A stretch of 64,000 bases of DNA from Octopus sinensis. Its lineage: Eukaryota. Below are positions 1-11,968 of the stretch, piece after piece (position 1 is the first letter of the stretch; each line of letters opens with the position of its first letter). The notes under the pieces were generated by a model. That model was given only the letters and a program-made list of their open reading frames with translations, was not told where the DNA came from and made no database searches. The position numbers and the translations under genes were made by a program. Where the stretch lies: contig NC_042997.1 in NCBI RefSeq assembly GCF_006345805.1, positions 141,856,001-141,920,000 on the forward strand. The letters are read 5' to 3'.

Positions 1-271
1 TCCACAATCCCTTGACCATGACTCCGCTGCTCTAACCACTAGACCATGTGCCTCCACAAAGATAGGATGGTCAAAGCTAGAATGCCTTAGATCAAAAGTT
101 CTGCCAGATCAAGGTTAAGATTAAACAACAACCATCTAGTCTAACTAGACTTTTTGGACATTAACAATATAAACTTTGAATAACAAATGCTGAATCCAAC
201 AGACCATCAGTCTCTATTTGGTGTAGTAGTAATAATAGTAATAATAGGAAACACAACACAGTATTGCTTAC

Positions 272-369
272 CACAATGTATCTGTTTCCAAAAAATGTAG
301 AATTGACCGGATCAGATCTGTTTTAGAACGTTGCAATGGGTTGTCAATAGCTGTATTACATAACGTGGT
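272..369 (-). CDS. ATPAF2: ATPAF2 coding exon 4 (gene continues beyond the left edge)
   Basis: 98-nt exon with TTCTAG| acceptor and |GTAAGC donor. TTLCNTAIDNPLQRSKTDLIRSILHFLETDTL(C) versus human TTLCNTSLDNPTQRNKDQLIRAAVKFLDTDTIC. Confidence 0.95.
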
Positions 370-750
370 CTAGAATATAATAAAAGAAGACAAGAGTCAA
401 TTGATAAGGATTGTATCAAATATTATATACAAAGCACCAGACATCACCATACACAATTACTATGGAACTATAATCTCCAGCAACTGCTACAAGGAGAACC
501 TTTTACAATGCTGCAATAGCTGCATTAAAGATACATATTATCTATTCAGAACCAAGAAATACTATACCCTTGATTAGTTATTAACATCCTCAAATCTCCA
601 ACTATAGAATATTACTTTCATATCCTGATGGCAATAACTCATCTTCTAGATCTTATAAGTTCATATCTGAACAACAAATGATTTTCCACTTAAAATATGG
701 AAATAAAGAAGTGTTGTGTGCTCAAAGTGAAAGGAACCTGCAGAACATAC

Positions 751-1176
751 ATGCAGGTGTGGCTGTGTAGTAAGTAGCTTGCTTACCAACCACATGGTTC
801 CAGGTTCAGTCCCACTGTGTGGCATCTTGGGCAAGTGTCTTCTACTATAGCCTCGGGCCAACCAAAGCCTTGTGAGTGGATTTGGTAGACAGAAACTGAA
901 AGAAGCCTGTCATATGTGTGTATGTGTGTGTGTGTGTGCATGCATATGTGTGTGTGTGAATGTATCTATGTGTCTGTGTCTGTTCCCCCCACTATTGCCT
1001 GACAACTAATGTTAGTGTATTTACATCCCCATAACTTAGCAGTTCAGCAAAAGTGACTGATAAAATAAGTACTGAGGCTTACAAAGAATAAGTCCTGGGG
1101 TCAATTTGTTTGACTGAAGGTGATGCTCCAGCATGGTCACAGTCAAAATGACTGAAACAAATAAAAGAATAAAAGA
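751..1176 (+). mobile_element. tRNA-derived CORE-type SINE (octopus OR-like family)
   Basis: A-box/B-box-like head GTGGCTGTGTAGTAAG...GGTTCAGTCCC, core CTTGGGCAAGTGTCTTCTACTATAGCC, internal (TG)n and A-rich tail. More than 10 similar copies occur in the window. Confidence 0.8.
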
Positions 1177-1815
1177 AAAACAAAGAGACCAAGGAAGATT
1201 TGAGGTGAAGTAGTGATCTTAAGACATCTCATGAAGGGGACAACAAAAAACTATACTGATTGGCAACACACAGTGCTGGAGTGGACCCATCCACCCATTT
1301 AAGTATAGCAAAACATGTCAAAAGGCTGGGAGACAATATATATATATATATATATATATATACTGTCCAGTCTACATGTGTTGCCTCTTCCAACACCTTG
1401 TTACTCATCCACCTCTTTATCACTCATAACTCAGGATCAGAGTGAGCCTTTTCTACTCACTGTACTATGCTCCCTGCATACCTAGAGACGTTACTGAATC
1501 TACCCAGCCCTATCATCTCTCTGAAAATAACTCTTTTCTTCCTGTTCCTTCTGCTATGATGCCTATGTAACAAAGTATGGCATTGGAACTATCTTTATTC
1601 AATCCCCTCCCAAACACCATCCTTATCATTATCTCCTCTGTCAATGACAAGGCTAATGTATAAAAGACTGCATCAAACCTGCTTGTACCCCAAACACTCT
1701 ATCATCACCCTATCAATATGTCCAGTCATTACTTCCTCTCTCTCTTTGACCACTTGCTATTGTTATCTATTATTCACTCTTAAATCCATCCATTTCTACC
1801 TCCATTACTATCCAT

Positions 1816-1879
<64 letters not shown>

Positions 1880-2743
1880 CTTTCTCACTCCATTCAATTT
1901 GTTTCTACCCTCACACTGTTGCTCATCAGCCTTTTCCTCCCATTGCTCTCTTCTCAGTTATGTTGCTTTGAATGAATGAACACCTCACAGAGCAGTAAGG
2001 ACTCTTTAGTTTTATGAAATATACAGCAACATTACAATTGTTGGTGTACAGCAAAATGCACTCACTACACTCTTTAATATGGTTGTCAAACAAGCACAGA
2101 ATGCTTTAGTCTTGTCGAGAAGATGACAACCTCTCTAGTGCTGGTGCCATGATAAAATGTATTCAGTTGACTCTGAATAATGATTAGCAATAGGAAGGGC
2201 ATCCAGCCATAGAACCTAAACCAAAATAGAGTGTACATACAAGATGTGGTCCTCCAATTCCTCTAGATTGGGCAGCAACTCTGGATAAGAACCAACTTCA
2301 TCAATGCCAACACAGAAAATGAACATGTATTGATGATGTTTATGGTGATGGTAGAGGTGGTTATGATATTTATGATGATGGTGGTGATGATGCTGCTACT
2401 GATGATGATGATTATGATGACGATCCAGTCTCTGACCTATTGCTGTATCATAACCTCTATTTCCTTCTATTACTATTACAACAGATTTTACTTTTTGTTT
2501 TGTTTTTTTTCAGAACTTACTACCTACCATTCCTAACTTCTACTCCAAAGCTACCTATTGCTTCCAACCATCCCATTTTCATCTGGTAGACAGTATTTCA
2601 CTCCCTAAAACAAAAGCCAACAAAATTTTCATGTAGCCTTTTATTCTAACAATCACCATTCCACCTGTTTCCATGAAATGCTTAACTCCAATTCTTTAAA
2701 CTTCATATTCACCACACCACTCTCATTCTTTCCTGTCAATATT

Positions 2744-4845
2744 CTAGACAGCACCCTGGTAGATAAAGCAATTAAGGATATGAAGCCAGGAACAGCCCCC
2801 GGCCCATCAGGAATCACCGCTGAAATGCTTAAAACACCTGGTGGTGTGGGCTATTGCCTAGTCACCCATATTGTAAACTAAGTAGTTCATGACTGGCATA
2901 GCAGCACCATAGTCAACTGCTATAAAGGTAAAGGTGATGCTTTAGATAGAAATAACTACAGAGGTATCAAACTGCTGGATAAGGTGATGAAGGTCATGGT
3001 GAGGGTCATAGCCCAACTAACTAGGGAGAGAGTCTTCTTAGATGAGATGCAGTTCGGTTTTGTGCCAGGTAGAAGCACCACTGATGCTTTATCCCTTGTA
3101 CGGCAACTGCAGGAGAAATACCTAGCCATGGCTTTTGTGGACTTGGAGAAAGCCTTTGACAGGGTCCCCCAATCCCTTATCTGGTGGGTGATGCAGAAAC
3201 TGGTGATTGACGAATGGTTACTAAGGGCTGTACAGGCCCTATATAGAGATGCCATCAGTAGGGTTAGGATTGGAAATGAGAATAGTGAAGAATTCCAGGT
3301 AGAAGTAGGGGCCCACCAAGGATCAGCCCTCAGGCCCCTCTTATTCATAATAGTCCTCCAGGCAATAACAGAGGAATTCAAGACAGGTTGCCCCAGGGAA
3401 CTCCTCTATGCTGATGACCTGGCCCTCAAAGCAGAATCACTACCAGAACTAAAGAAACTTCAAGTTTGGAAGCAAGGTTAGAATTGAAGGGCCTTAGACT
3501 CAATGTTGCAAAGACCAAAGTTCTAGTAAGTAGGAAGGTGAACACATCACATACCCTTTCAGGTAGGTGGCCCTGCTGGATCAGTAGAAAAGGTGTAGGT
3601 AGAAACTCCATAAGATGTACCCAGTGTAAGCTATGGACACATAAGAGGTGCAGCAACATCAAAGGAAGATTAACCAGGAGGACAGCTTTCACATGCAGCA
3701 GATGCACAGGGGCAATAAACATCACAGATGCTCAGAAAACAGACTCCATCACATGCCAGGGAAGAAACTAGAAGTAGTTGATAGCTTCCACTACCTAGGT
3801 AACCAAGCCTGTAGTGGGGTTGGACGCTCAGAGAGTGTTAGAATAAGAATAGCCTGGGCAAAGTTCAGAAAATTTCTACCCCTACTGATGACAAAGGGTC
3901 CCTCGCTCAGAGTGAAAGGTAGATTGTATGATGCATATGTGCGAACTGCCATGCTTCCCAGCAGTGAAACATGGGCCGTGACTGCTGAAGACATGCATAG
4001 GCTCGAAAGAAATGAAGCTAGCATGATCCACTGGATGTGTGATGTCAGTGTGCACACACAACAGAGCGTAAGCGCCCTGAGAGAAATGTTAGACATAAGA
4101 AGCATCACGGAGGGGCGGGGGGCTTAACATTTCTACAGTAGAGAATGGGTCTTCTTGAGTACAGCAAACCACCAGGTATCTTGGTTTACAAGAGAGACGT
4201 TTGCATTAGTATGGTCATGTACTGTGGATGGATGACGAGAGCTGTATGAAGAAGTGCCACTCCCAAACAGTGACCTTCGAATGTTGGGCCTCACAGAGGC
4301 AATGACAAAAGCCCGAGAACTCTGGAGGTATGCTGTGACTGAGAAGACCAAGCAAATAAAGTGAGTCCACTGCTGTAACCTACACCAGTGTCACATAACC
4401 AGCCCACTCAAAAATACCTTGGATTGTAGGGTAACATGCCGTGCATGAGGAGACCTATTGAGTCAAGTACATCAACATCAGCAATATCAAAATCAAATCA
4501 AATGGAAATTGTAGTTGTGAGCTTCATGCCAGTAGCACGTAAAAATCACCATCCAAACGTAGCCAATGCCAGTGCCGCTTTGACTGGCTTCCATGCCGGT
4601 GGCATGTAAAAGGCACCATCCGATTGTGATCAATGCCAGCTCCTCTGGCCCCTGTGCCAGTGGCATGTAAAAAGTATCCACTACATTCTCGGAGTAGTTG
4701 GCATTATGAAGGGCATCCAGCTGTAGAAACTCTGCCAGATCAGATTGGGATCTGATGTAGCCTCCTGGCTTCCCACACCCCAGTTGAACCATCCAACCCA
4801 TGCCAGCATGGAAAACGGACGTTAAACGATGATGATGATAATAAT
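2744..4845 (+). mobile_element. 5'-truncated, decayed RTE-clade LINE (RT with PHD-like finger, 3' UTR, (GAT)n tail) in ATPAF2 intron 3
   Basis: Frameshifted RT: APGPSGITAEMLK, QFGFVPGRSTTDA, FVDLEKAFDRVP, HQGSAL, YADD (3407-3418), LEVVDSFHYLG, RIRIAWAKF. The 3' UTR ends in GATGATGATGAT at about 4828-4840. Confidence 0.9.
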
Positions 4846-4928
4846 AGACAAAACCTACTTTACATAAACACAAAAGAATCCATGAAAAACATTAAAGCAC
4901 ACAGAAGAATATACTGAAGTTGACATAC

Positions 4929-5074
4929 CAAATGCATTTTGTTTTGTTTGATTATATTCTTTTGACCATTCCATTCAGTAGCAACAGCTAAGGCCAAGCT
5001 TTCATTAGGAACAATGAAGACGTTACCAAGAGGTGTCCGAAGTTTACGCTTGTCAAGGTTGATTTCAAACTGGC
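4929..5074 (-). CDS. ATPAF2: ATPAF2 coding exon 3
   Basis: 146-nt exon with TTTCAG| acceptor and |GTATGT donor. GQFEINLDKRKLRTPLGNVFIVPNESLALAVATEWNGQKNIIKQNKMHL versus human GGFEINLDHRKLKTPQAKLFTVPSEALAIAVATEWDSQ...MHL. Confidence 0.96.
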
Positions 5075-5310
5075 CTGAAAGACAAAAAAAAAAACAATGG
5101 ATATTTGGGAAAATCTCATCAAATAATAATAATTATAATTTCTAATATGGAAACAGAGAATTAATTAAATGGACATGGATTTTAACAGCTACTTTAATTT
5201 ATCAACCTAGGAACAATAAAAGGTAAAGATGACATTGGCAAGATTTGAACTCAGATTGTGAATAGCTGTAACAAATAAAGGAAGAATATCTACATTGTCA
5301 ACACCAAAAA

Positions 5311-5658
5311 ACCAAGATACCTGGTGCTTTGCTGTACTCAAGAAGACCCATCCTCCACTGAAGAAATGTTATGGCCACCTCCCCACCCCCACCCCAGTGA
5401 AGAAGACTGGCCTTCAAGAGTCCTGTGCCAGTGACACATAAAAAGCACTCGTGACAGTGCCACATAAAAGCACTCATGCTGGTGCCACGTTAAAAGTATC
5501 CAGTACACTCTGTAAAGTGGTTGGCATTAAAAGGGCATCCAGCTATTGAAACAAAGCCAAACCAGACTGGAACCTGGTACCGCTTGCCAGCTCTGGTCAA
5601 ACTATCCAAACCATACTAGCATGGAAAACAGACGTTAAAGGATGATGATAATGATGAT
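5311..5658 (+). mobile_element. RTE-3'UTR-related repeat with (GAT)n tail
   Basis: AAAAGCAC...GTGCCAC subrepeats, GGGCATCCAGCT core and a CATGGAAAACAGACGTTAAA-(GAT)n end shared with the LINE at 2744-4845. Confidence 0.7.
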
Positions 5659-6054
5659 ACACTTACATAATTGCTCCTACCCCCACTGACTGACATGAAC
5701 AAATCATGGTTCAGCAACCAACAAAAGTAACAAAAATGCAATTCACATTACATATACACTACGCAACAAACTGATGAAGCAATAACACCAGAGACATCAT
5801 CATCATCATTTAACATTTGTTTTCCATGCTAGCATGGACTAGATGGTCAGACAAAAGCTGGTAAGGCCAGAAGCTGCACCAGGTTCCATAGTCTGTTTTA
5901 GCTCGGTTCCGATGGTTGGATGCCTACCACTTTACAGATTATTCTTAATCAACTTTAACAATCTTCTAACAACACAGCCTTATACCTAAGTAAAAATCAT
6001 TATTAACTAAACTATAAGAAGGGGAAAATAGATTGAAGAGGAAAAAAAACTCAC

Positions 6055-6099
6055 CATTATTTTGAGAAATTGTTGCAGTCTTGTAAAATTTTTTCAATT
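6055..6099 (-). CDS. ATPAF2: ATPAF2 coding exon 2
   Basis: 45-nt exon with TTTACAG| acceptor and |GTGAGT donor. (E)LKKFYKTATISQNN(G) matches the ATP12 N-terminal KRFY motif (human ERKRFYQNVSITQGEG). Confidence 0.92.
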
Positions 6100-7074
6100 C
6101 TGTAAAGAGATTGGTAAAAAAGGGAAAGCACTTAAAATTACTGATAAAGAACTCAATTTGAGATTGGGTTAAGAACAATAATTTACATAGAATAATTTTA
6201 AAATCCATACACCCAGTTTAAAATCACCTGATTTTAAGAGGAATACATTTTAGTGCAAGGATTTAGGCCAGACCTCTGGACTGAGAATGACCCAATTCAA
6301 AAATAACTTCTTCCTTTTCTCTCACTAATTTCAGGGTCCCTGAAAAGGCACATAGACCCTACTAATCCTCCACTGACTAAACTAAACAAAAAATTGTTTT
6401 AAATTACTTGATGGCCGCTTCACATTGAGAAGTTTGGCCCAGTCAATTAGTTTTCTTTTCATCAGCAACATCATTTAATGTTATTTTTCCAAGCTGACAT
6501 GGGGTGGATGGTTTGACAGGAGCTGGCAAACAAGAGTTGCACCATGTTCCATAGGCAGTTTTGACCTGATTTCTACAGCTGGATGCTCTTCCTAATACCA
6601 GCATCCAAATACCAACCACTTTACAAAGTGTACTGGGTGTTTTTTTTTATGTGACACCAGCACCACTGCTTTTTATTTGGCACCATCACCACTGCTTTAT
6701 ACATGGCACTATCACCAGTGCTTTTTACATAGCACCAGCACCTGTGCTTTGCACATGGTACCATCATCAGTGCTTTTTGTGTGGCACCATAAACAATGCT
6801 TTCTTGACTGTTAGGGAATGAAATGGGGAGGGAAAAGGTTGACAAGGTAGAGGACAGTGAATTGGCCAGATGAGCAGAGCATCAGACAAAATGTTCTGCA
6901 GTGTTGGCTACATTTCTACATGTTCTGAATTTAATTCCTGACTAGTTCAAATTTACTCTTCATTTTTCTGGAGCCAATAAGATAAGCACAAGACAAGTTG
7001 TGGGAACTAAGTAGACCACGTACTAGGATACTGTTAACAACATTAAGATTGCCACCAAGTTCAGTGAGGAATTT

Positions 7075-7292
7075 AACTCTTTAACATTCGCATTATTCTG
7101 TCAAAAGTAATGCTTATTTATTCACATTGTTTTGAATTAATCAGGTATTATTTTGTAGTTTTGAGATTTTGATGAGGTAACTGTTAATTTTTTAGAATGA
7201 TATTGTAGGGTTGGTGTGATCTGACCAGCTTGAACATAAAACAGGTTGAATATTTTGTCTGCATATGGCTGGTTTAAATAATGAAGGATTAA
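7075..7292. mobile_element. piggyBac-type MITE (about 220-bp family), degenerate
   Basis: Starts TTAACTCTTTAACATT and ends AATAATGAAGGATTAA. Related copies at about 19873-20422 (SINE-interrupted), 37566-37769, 47206-47360 and 56356-56552. Confidence 0.6.
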
Positions 7293-7579
7293 TGTATAAA
7301 TAGATGGTCACTAAGACTGTCTTCAATAAATGACATTGAAGACAGTTTTATAAGATGATACAACATAAAGTTTTAGGATTTATTGTTCTTGGAAACTTTT
7401 ATATGCAATAACTTGGTTTTCAACTATTATAAAAGCTGATACAGTGCAGAAGAAACATGACAGTCAGTCCTGTCAGACAACTTGTGTGAGTGGTATAGTT
7501 TGTATTAGAAAGAGCACACACTATTAAAAAACACATCAAATCAATTTAAAACCCTAATTGCACATACAGGACTAATACC

Positions 7580-7607
7580 TATTTCTTTACTACCCACAAG
7601 AGGCTAA
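7580..7607 (-). mobile_element. Extremely 5'-truncated Deu/Nin-type SINE 3' end with 16-bp TSD
   Basis: 28 nt matching the SINE tail (TTAGCC(T)CTTGTGGGTAGTAAAGAAATA), flanked by the direct repeat ATACAGGACTAATACC at 7564-7579 and 7608-7623. Confidence 0.8.
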
Positions 7608-7635
7608 ATACAGGACTAATACCATGATAGCACTA

Positions 7636-7965
7636 CAAGGCTCAGTGGTTAGAGCATTAAGCTTGCAATCATGTGGTTGTGAGTTCAATTCCCAGGCTGG
7701 GCTTGTGTTGTGTTCTTGGGTAAGCCACTTCATTTCACATTGCTCCAGTTCACTCAGCTGTAGAAATAAGTTGTGACATCACTTGCAGCCAAGCTGTATC
7801 GGCCTTTGCTTTTCCCTTGGACAACATTGGTGGCATGGAGATGGAAGAACTGCATGGGCAACTGCTGGTCTTCCACAAACTTGCCCAGACTCGTGTCTCA
7901 GAGGGGAACTTTCTAGGTGCAATACCATGGTCATTTGTGACCTAAGGGGGTCTTTACCCTTTACC
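7636..7965 (+). mobile_element. tRNA-derived SINE with V-domain-like core
   Basis: Head GGCTCAGTGGTTAGAGC...GAGTTCAATTCCC, core GTGTTCTTGGGTAAGCCACTT...CTCCAGTTCACTCAGCTG, tail TTTACCCTTTACC. A related copy lies at about 20060-20385. Confidence 0.65.
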
Positions 7966-9411
7966 GCACATAGTAGTATAGTGGCAAAGTAGGAATATTA
8001 GACCATGTGTGAACACCCTTCAAATCCCCATGCCAACTTTCTTTCTTGCAGATACAGAACCAAACAACCAAAACACCATCAGAAACTCCCCTCTCCCTGA
8101 CAGACTGCACCACCAATATATGTATAACAAATGGTAGGTTTGGAGAGATTGTGGAGATGCCATTGACTGAAGACAGTACTGGCAACCATTTATTGATGTT
8201 AAATTCCTCACTAAACTTTTTGGCAATCTCAACTTTGTTAATAGCACCATAGTGCATAGTTTGTAGAGTTCCCATAACCCTGACATTTAATTGGCCCTTA
8301 TTTTATTGATTCTAGAAGAATGAAGGGTAAATGTGAACTAGACGGGATTTGAACTCAGAAAAAATTAAAATGTAACTGCACACTGCAAATTTCTTTCCAA
8401 TCTGTCCAGCTTTACCCTTAATTTCCCAATGAGTGACCAACAAGCTCACTCATTGATTCCAGACTGATACTTTTTGGAAGATCGTAAAGGTTGCTTAAAG
8501 GTTGCTATGTTCATGTCTATTTCAGATATTTGTGTATGCATATCAATATGTTCATACACATATTAAAGTCACTTGTACTAGTTTTCTTAAGAGACAGAAG
8601 ATTACACAATTGTAGCCATAGTAATAAAATGAAATTGTTGAAAGAGATAATCGAAAATAGAGTTTGGATCTATTACGTTTTAATTTATTTTTAACTAGTC
8701 GTAGAGACCCTATATTGTAATGGAATAGTAAAGAGGAGTTGTGATATTTTTACTTTTGCCGTCAAGAACATTGGTTTCGAATGAGAAAAACACGTTTTCG
8801 CAGTTCTACAACTGGAAGACATGAAGGATGTCCTTCACCAGAGTTGCTACGGATGAAACTAAAACTGGGGGCTGTTTTAGCGATCCCTGATTAAATCATT
8901 AAAAATAAAACACAACTCCAAAAGCTGTCTCTCCTCTAACTAGTCTAACACAGAAACAACGAGATCATAACAGTTGTTTAGCATAAGGTTAATAGTGAGC
9001 GATAGGCCTATCTTTGATAAACAGCATTTCAGTTGTTACCATCACGACTTCCTAGGAATATCTAAATCTATTTTATCTAATGCCTTTCCTTTTTCTAAGA
9101 CAATAAGGGGTGTGATTCGAGGGAGATTTGGTAGGGTCTTTAACAGGACAGGCAACCATATGGAGGCTCCCTAATATAATAGTAGGTTTGTGTTTTGCTA
9201 AAACGAGCAGCGTTACACATGTATAACATTGGGTTTTCTAACTATATAAATACACCATCAAACACGAGTTACAACCCGACTGGGGGTCAAGGACACAGCA
9301 ATGACGAAGATATAATAAACTTTTTAACAGTGTCTAACGACAAACAAAATTTGATCGAGGACAATATACAAATATTCAAAACCATATATATATGTGTGTG
9401 TGTGTGTTTAT

Positions 9412-9447
<36 letters not shown>

Positions 9448-9748
9448 GATAGTTAAGAGTGCAAGTACTTTAGATAACAAGGCAAGGCTCGCTTAACGGG
9501 TTACTAGGTTTCGATTCCAGATTAAGGATATTTCAGTTCCCATGCACTATTGCCTGGAAAAGGCTTGAATGGCATGATTTCCCATTTCCTCCTTCCTTTG
9601 AATGTATCACCATAAAACCCAAAGTCAAGAAAACAATATTTACAAGATTTTAGAGAACCAAAGACGATCAACGTAAAAGTGTATTAAAATTTCTTTTTAA
9701 GAGAACGATAACAGCGCAGAAATAATTTTAGTACAGGAGTCAATATAC

Positions 9749-9860
9749 CTTTCGAGTGTAATTTCCTAGTAAATACAGTGTTTATGGCATTAGAGAGGGG
9801 AAATTTCTTGAGAAAGGGATGAAACCGTTGCAAAACACCGTTAGCGGCAGCAGAAGCCAT
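9749..9860 (-). CDS. ATPAF2: ATP synthase mitochondrial F1 complex assembly factor 2 (ATP12), coding exon 1 (mitochondrial presequence)
   Basis: ATG at 9860-9858. Translates MASAAANGVLQRFHPFLKKFPLSNAINTVFTRKLHSK (basic, no acidic residues, transit-peptide-like). Donor G|GTATAT in phase 1 joins exon 2 in frame. Confidence 0.85.
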
Positions 9861-10053
9861 GTTGAAAAAAGAGAATTAGCAAGTTGGTTTGTAAAATGTC
9901 ATCTAATTGGTTAATCAGACCGGAAGTAGGCGTAGTAACCAATTGATGTTGGCGTTACATAGCAGGCGTAAAAATCTTCTAAGTGGAAGACGTTCATTCT
10001 TCCGTGTTTATGGTGTAAGTAAACAAACCTAGCAAAGTGCTTCTAAAAAAAAA
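9861..10053. promoter_or_regulatory. Bidirectional promoter and 5' UTRs shared by ATPAF2 and GID4
   Basis: 193 bp between divergent ATGs and locally CpG-rich. ETS/GABP-type ACCGGAAGT at 9919-9927 is flanked by ATTGG (9906-9910) and CCAAT (9939-9943), giving one CCAAT box per direction. Confidence 0.75.
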
Positions 10054-10197
10054 ATGCCGCAAAATATCATAGACCCTCCACCGCCCGAAAACCATCATCT
10101 TGCTGGAATGCCCACAAATCTTTTATACAACGGCTCTCGATTCAACGGACATCAAAAAAGCAAAGGCAATTCATACGATGTTGAAGTGGTTTTACAG
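10054..10197 (+). CDS. GID4: GID complex subunit 4 (Pro/N-degron recognin, VID24 family), coding exon 1
   Basis: [48 protein letters not shown] versus human ...[27 protein letters not shown]. Donor CAG|GTGAGA, phase 0. Confidence 0.95.
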
Positions 10198-10458
10198 GTG
10201 AGAACGATAAGTTACTGACTAAATCTATCCTATTTTGCCGAACAATCTGGTTTTTTTTAGCATAAATCTTTCGACTGTTTCCTCCTATATCAGAGCAATC
10301 GCATTATTACAGCATCTGCAGTTTACGTCCACCACTGCATCATTTGCTCTCCGATGTAATTTGAAAATGAAAATTTCAATGTAAATGTCAGCTGTCTCTA
10401 ACATCATCGTTTCTCTTTCTCTCTCTCTCCGCACACACATACACACATTATATATTAT

Positions 10459-10507
<49 letters not shown>

Positions 10508-10915
10508 TATATATAATACATACTTTTGTGTTTCTGAATTTGTTCTCGATTATTCTTGTTTTCAATGTTTTTGGTCATCATATTGAATTAGAAATATGTA
10601 CTCTGTGTGTGTGTGTTTATATGTATATATATACACACAGACACACATATATAGATATGTATGTAGTCACAATCTGAATAATGTGAATTAAGAAATATAG
10701 GATCAGTAATCGCGAAATGTCTGTTTCCTTTCCTTGTTGCATTCATGAATAAATTTGCTTTGGATTGTTATCAACATTGTCTCAGTTGATGTTCACGAGT
10801 TCTAATGATAATTATCCTAAGTGTGTCCTATGATATGATTGTCCTTCATGTCACACTATCTCATATCAATGTGATGTCTGTCCATCGAGAAAAGACATTG
10901 ACATCAGCATGTGTA

Positions 10916-10952
<37 letters not shown>

Positions 10953-11937
10953 GAGAATGTTTAAAGCTGTCATTTGCTCAATGCTTTTAAAACACTGTTG
11001 ATGGATTGGTTCTGTTTAATAAATGCACAGTTATACCAGTTATGTAGCTGGAGGTGAAGACTGTAGACTAGAAAATGTTAATCTCACGGAAAACCCTCCT
11101 ATAAGAGCTATATCACTTCACGATTTTATTATTATTAGTTTAAATAATGCGACTATGCCTCATGGAAAGATTCATGTTTATCACATTTACATGAGATAAA
11201 TTAGTTTTATCGTCATGTGTATGGAAATCTAGAACTTACCTTGTATATTTATAAATTTTTCGTTCGTCTTTTACCTGTAGCACTCTACCTGCTGATAGTT
11301 GCTTGTTTAGCCTATCAAATTTCTAGACTAGAACTTTGTAATAAGCAGATATTTTTCTCTCTTCTGAGAGAATTTTTGTTTGTTTGTTTTTTTAACCTTT
11401 TTTGAAAGTGATTTCGCGGGTAATTAAGTGTGAGCCGGTTTCGTTTATAACTTGCACTTTAAACTAAGTGGGGGTGGCAGTCACGACGCGATCGCTCAAC
11501 TTGCTAGAAATTGCAACCAAATTTTCCTGAAAATCACACCGTACTATTTTAAATAGAATTGACACATTGGAATGTGTGATCCAGGGTTAACACTTGAAAA
11601 AATAATTATTATTATGGGATTGTTACCGCTTAAAGACTTGTGAACAAAGGTCACCTGATTTGGGCCTGACCTGAATCAGGACAATAATTATTACATAAGC
11701 TAAGTTGCTCTCTCTCTCTATCTCTGAGAAACATACTTGGTGTACTTTTCTTGAATATTAAAATTTACTTCATCGATCTAATCAGAGTATATTACTTCTT
11801 ACATTCACAAAATGTTTACACAATTTTTTGAAACACTTATTAAAAATATAAATTAGAATAGAATACTTCCAGCAAAGGAAAAATTTTTCTCACTGTTTGG
11901 CAGATTATTTATTAAGTTTTCCTCGTGTGTGTATGTG

Positions 11938-11968
<31 letters not shown>

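Noticed and set aside
661-861. Recurrent ORFs of the ARGYSRRHLPK type (also 21663, 22336, 27475, 34848)
   Set aside because: These are antisense translations of the CORE-SINE, not a gene family.
2330-2536. Low-complexity ORFs (poly-Met, YIYI, HTHT, SLSL; many in the track)
   Set aside because: They are translations of microsatellites.
5765-5800. Other CTGATGA hits (5771, about 1925, 13198, 48253, and within coding sequence at 3411 and 28266) as hammerheads
   Set aside because: They lack a properly placed GAAA box with pairing stems, or they are explained by coding motifs such as YADD, DADED and CS(S/D)EL.
7316-7346. 12-bp hairpin ACTGTCTTCAAT / ATTGAAGACAGT as a terminator or miRNA
   Set aside because: It is too short for a pre-miRNA, intrinsic terminators do not apply in this context, and there is no other support.
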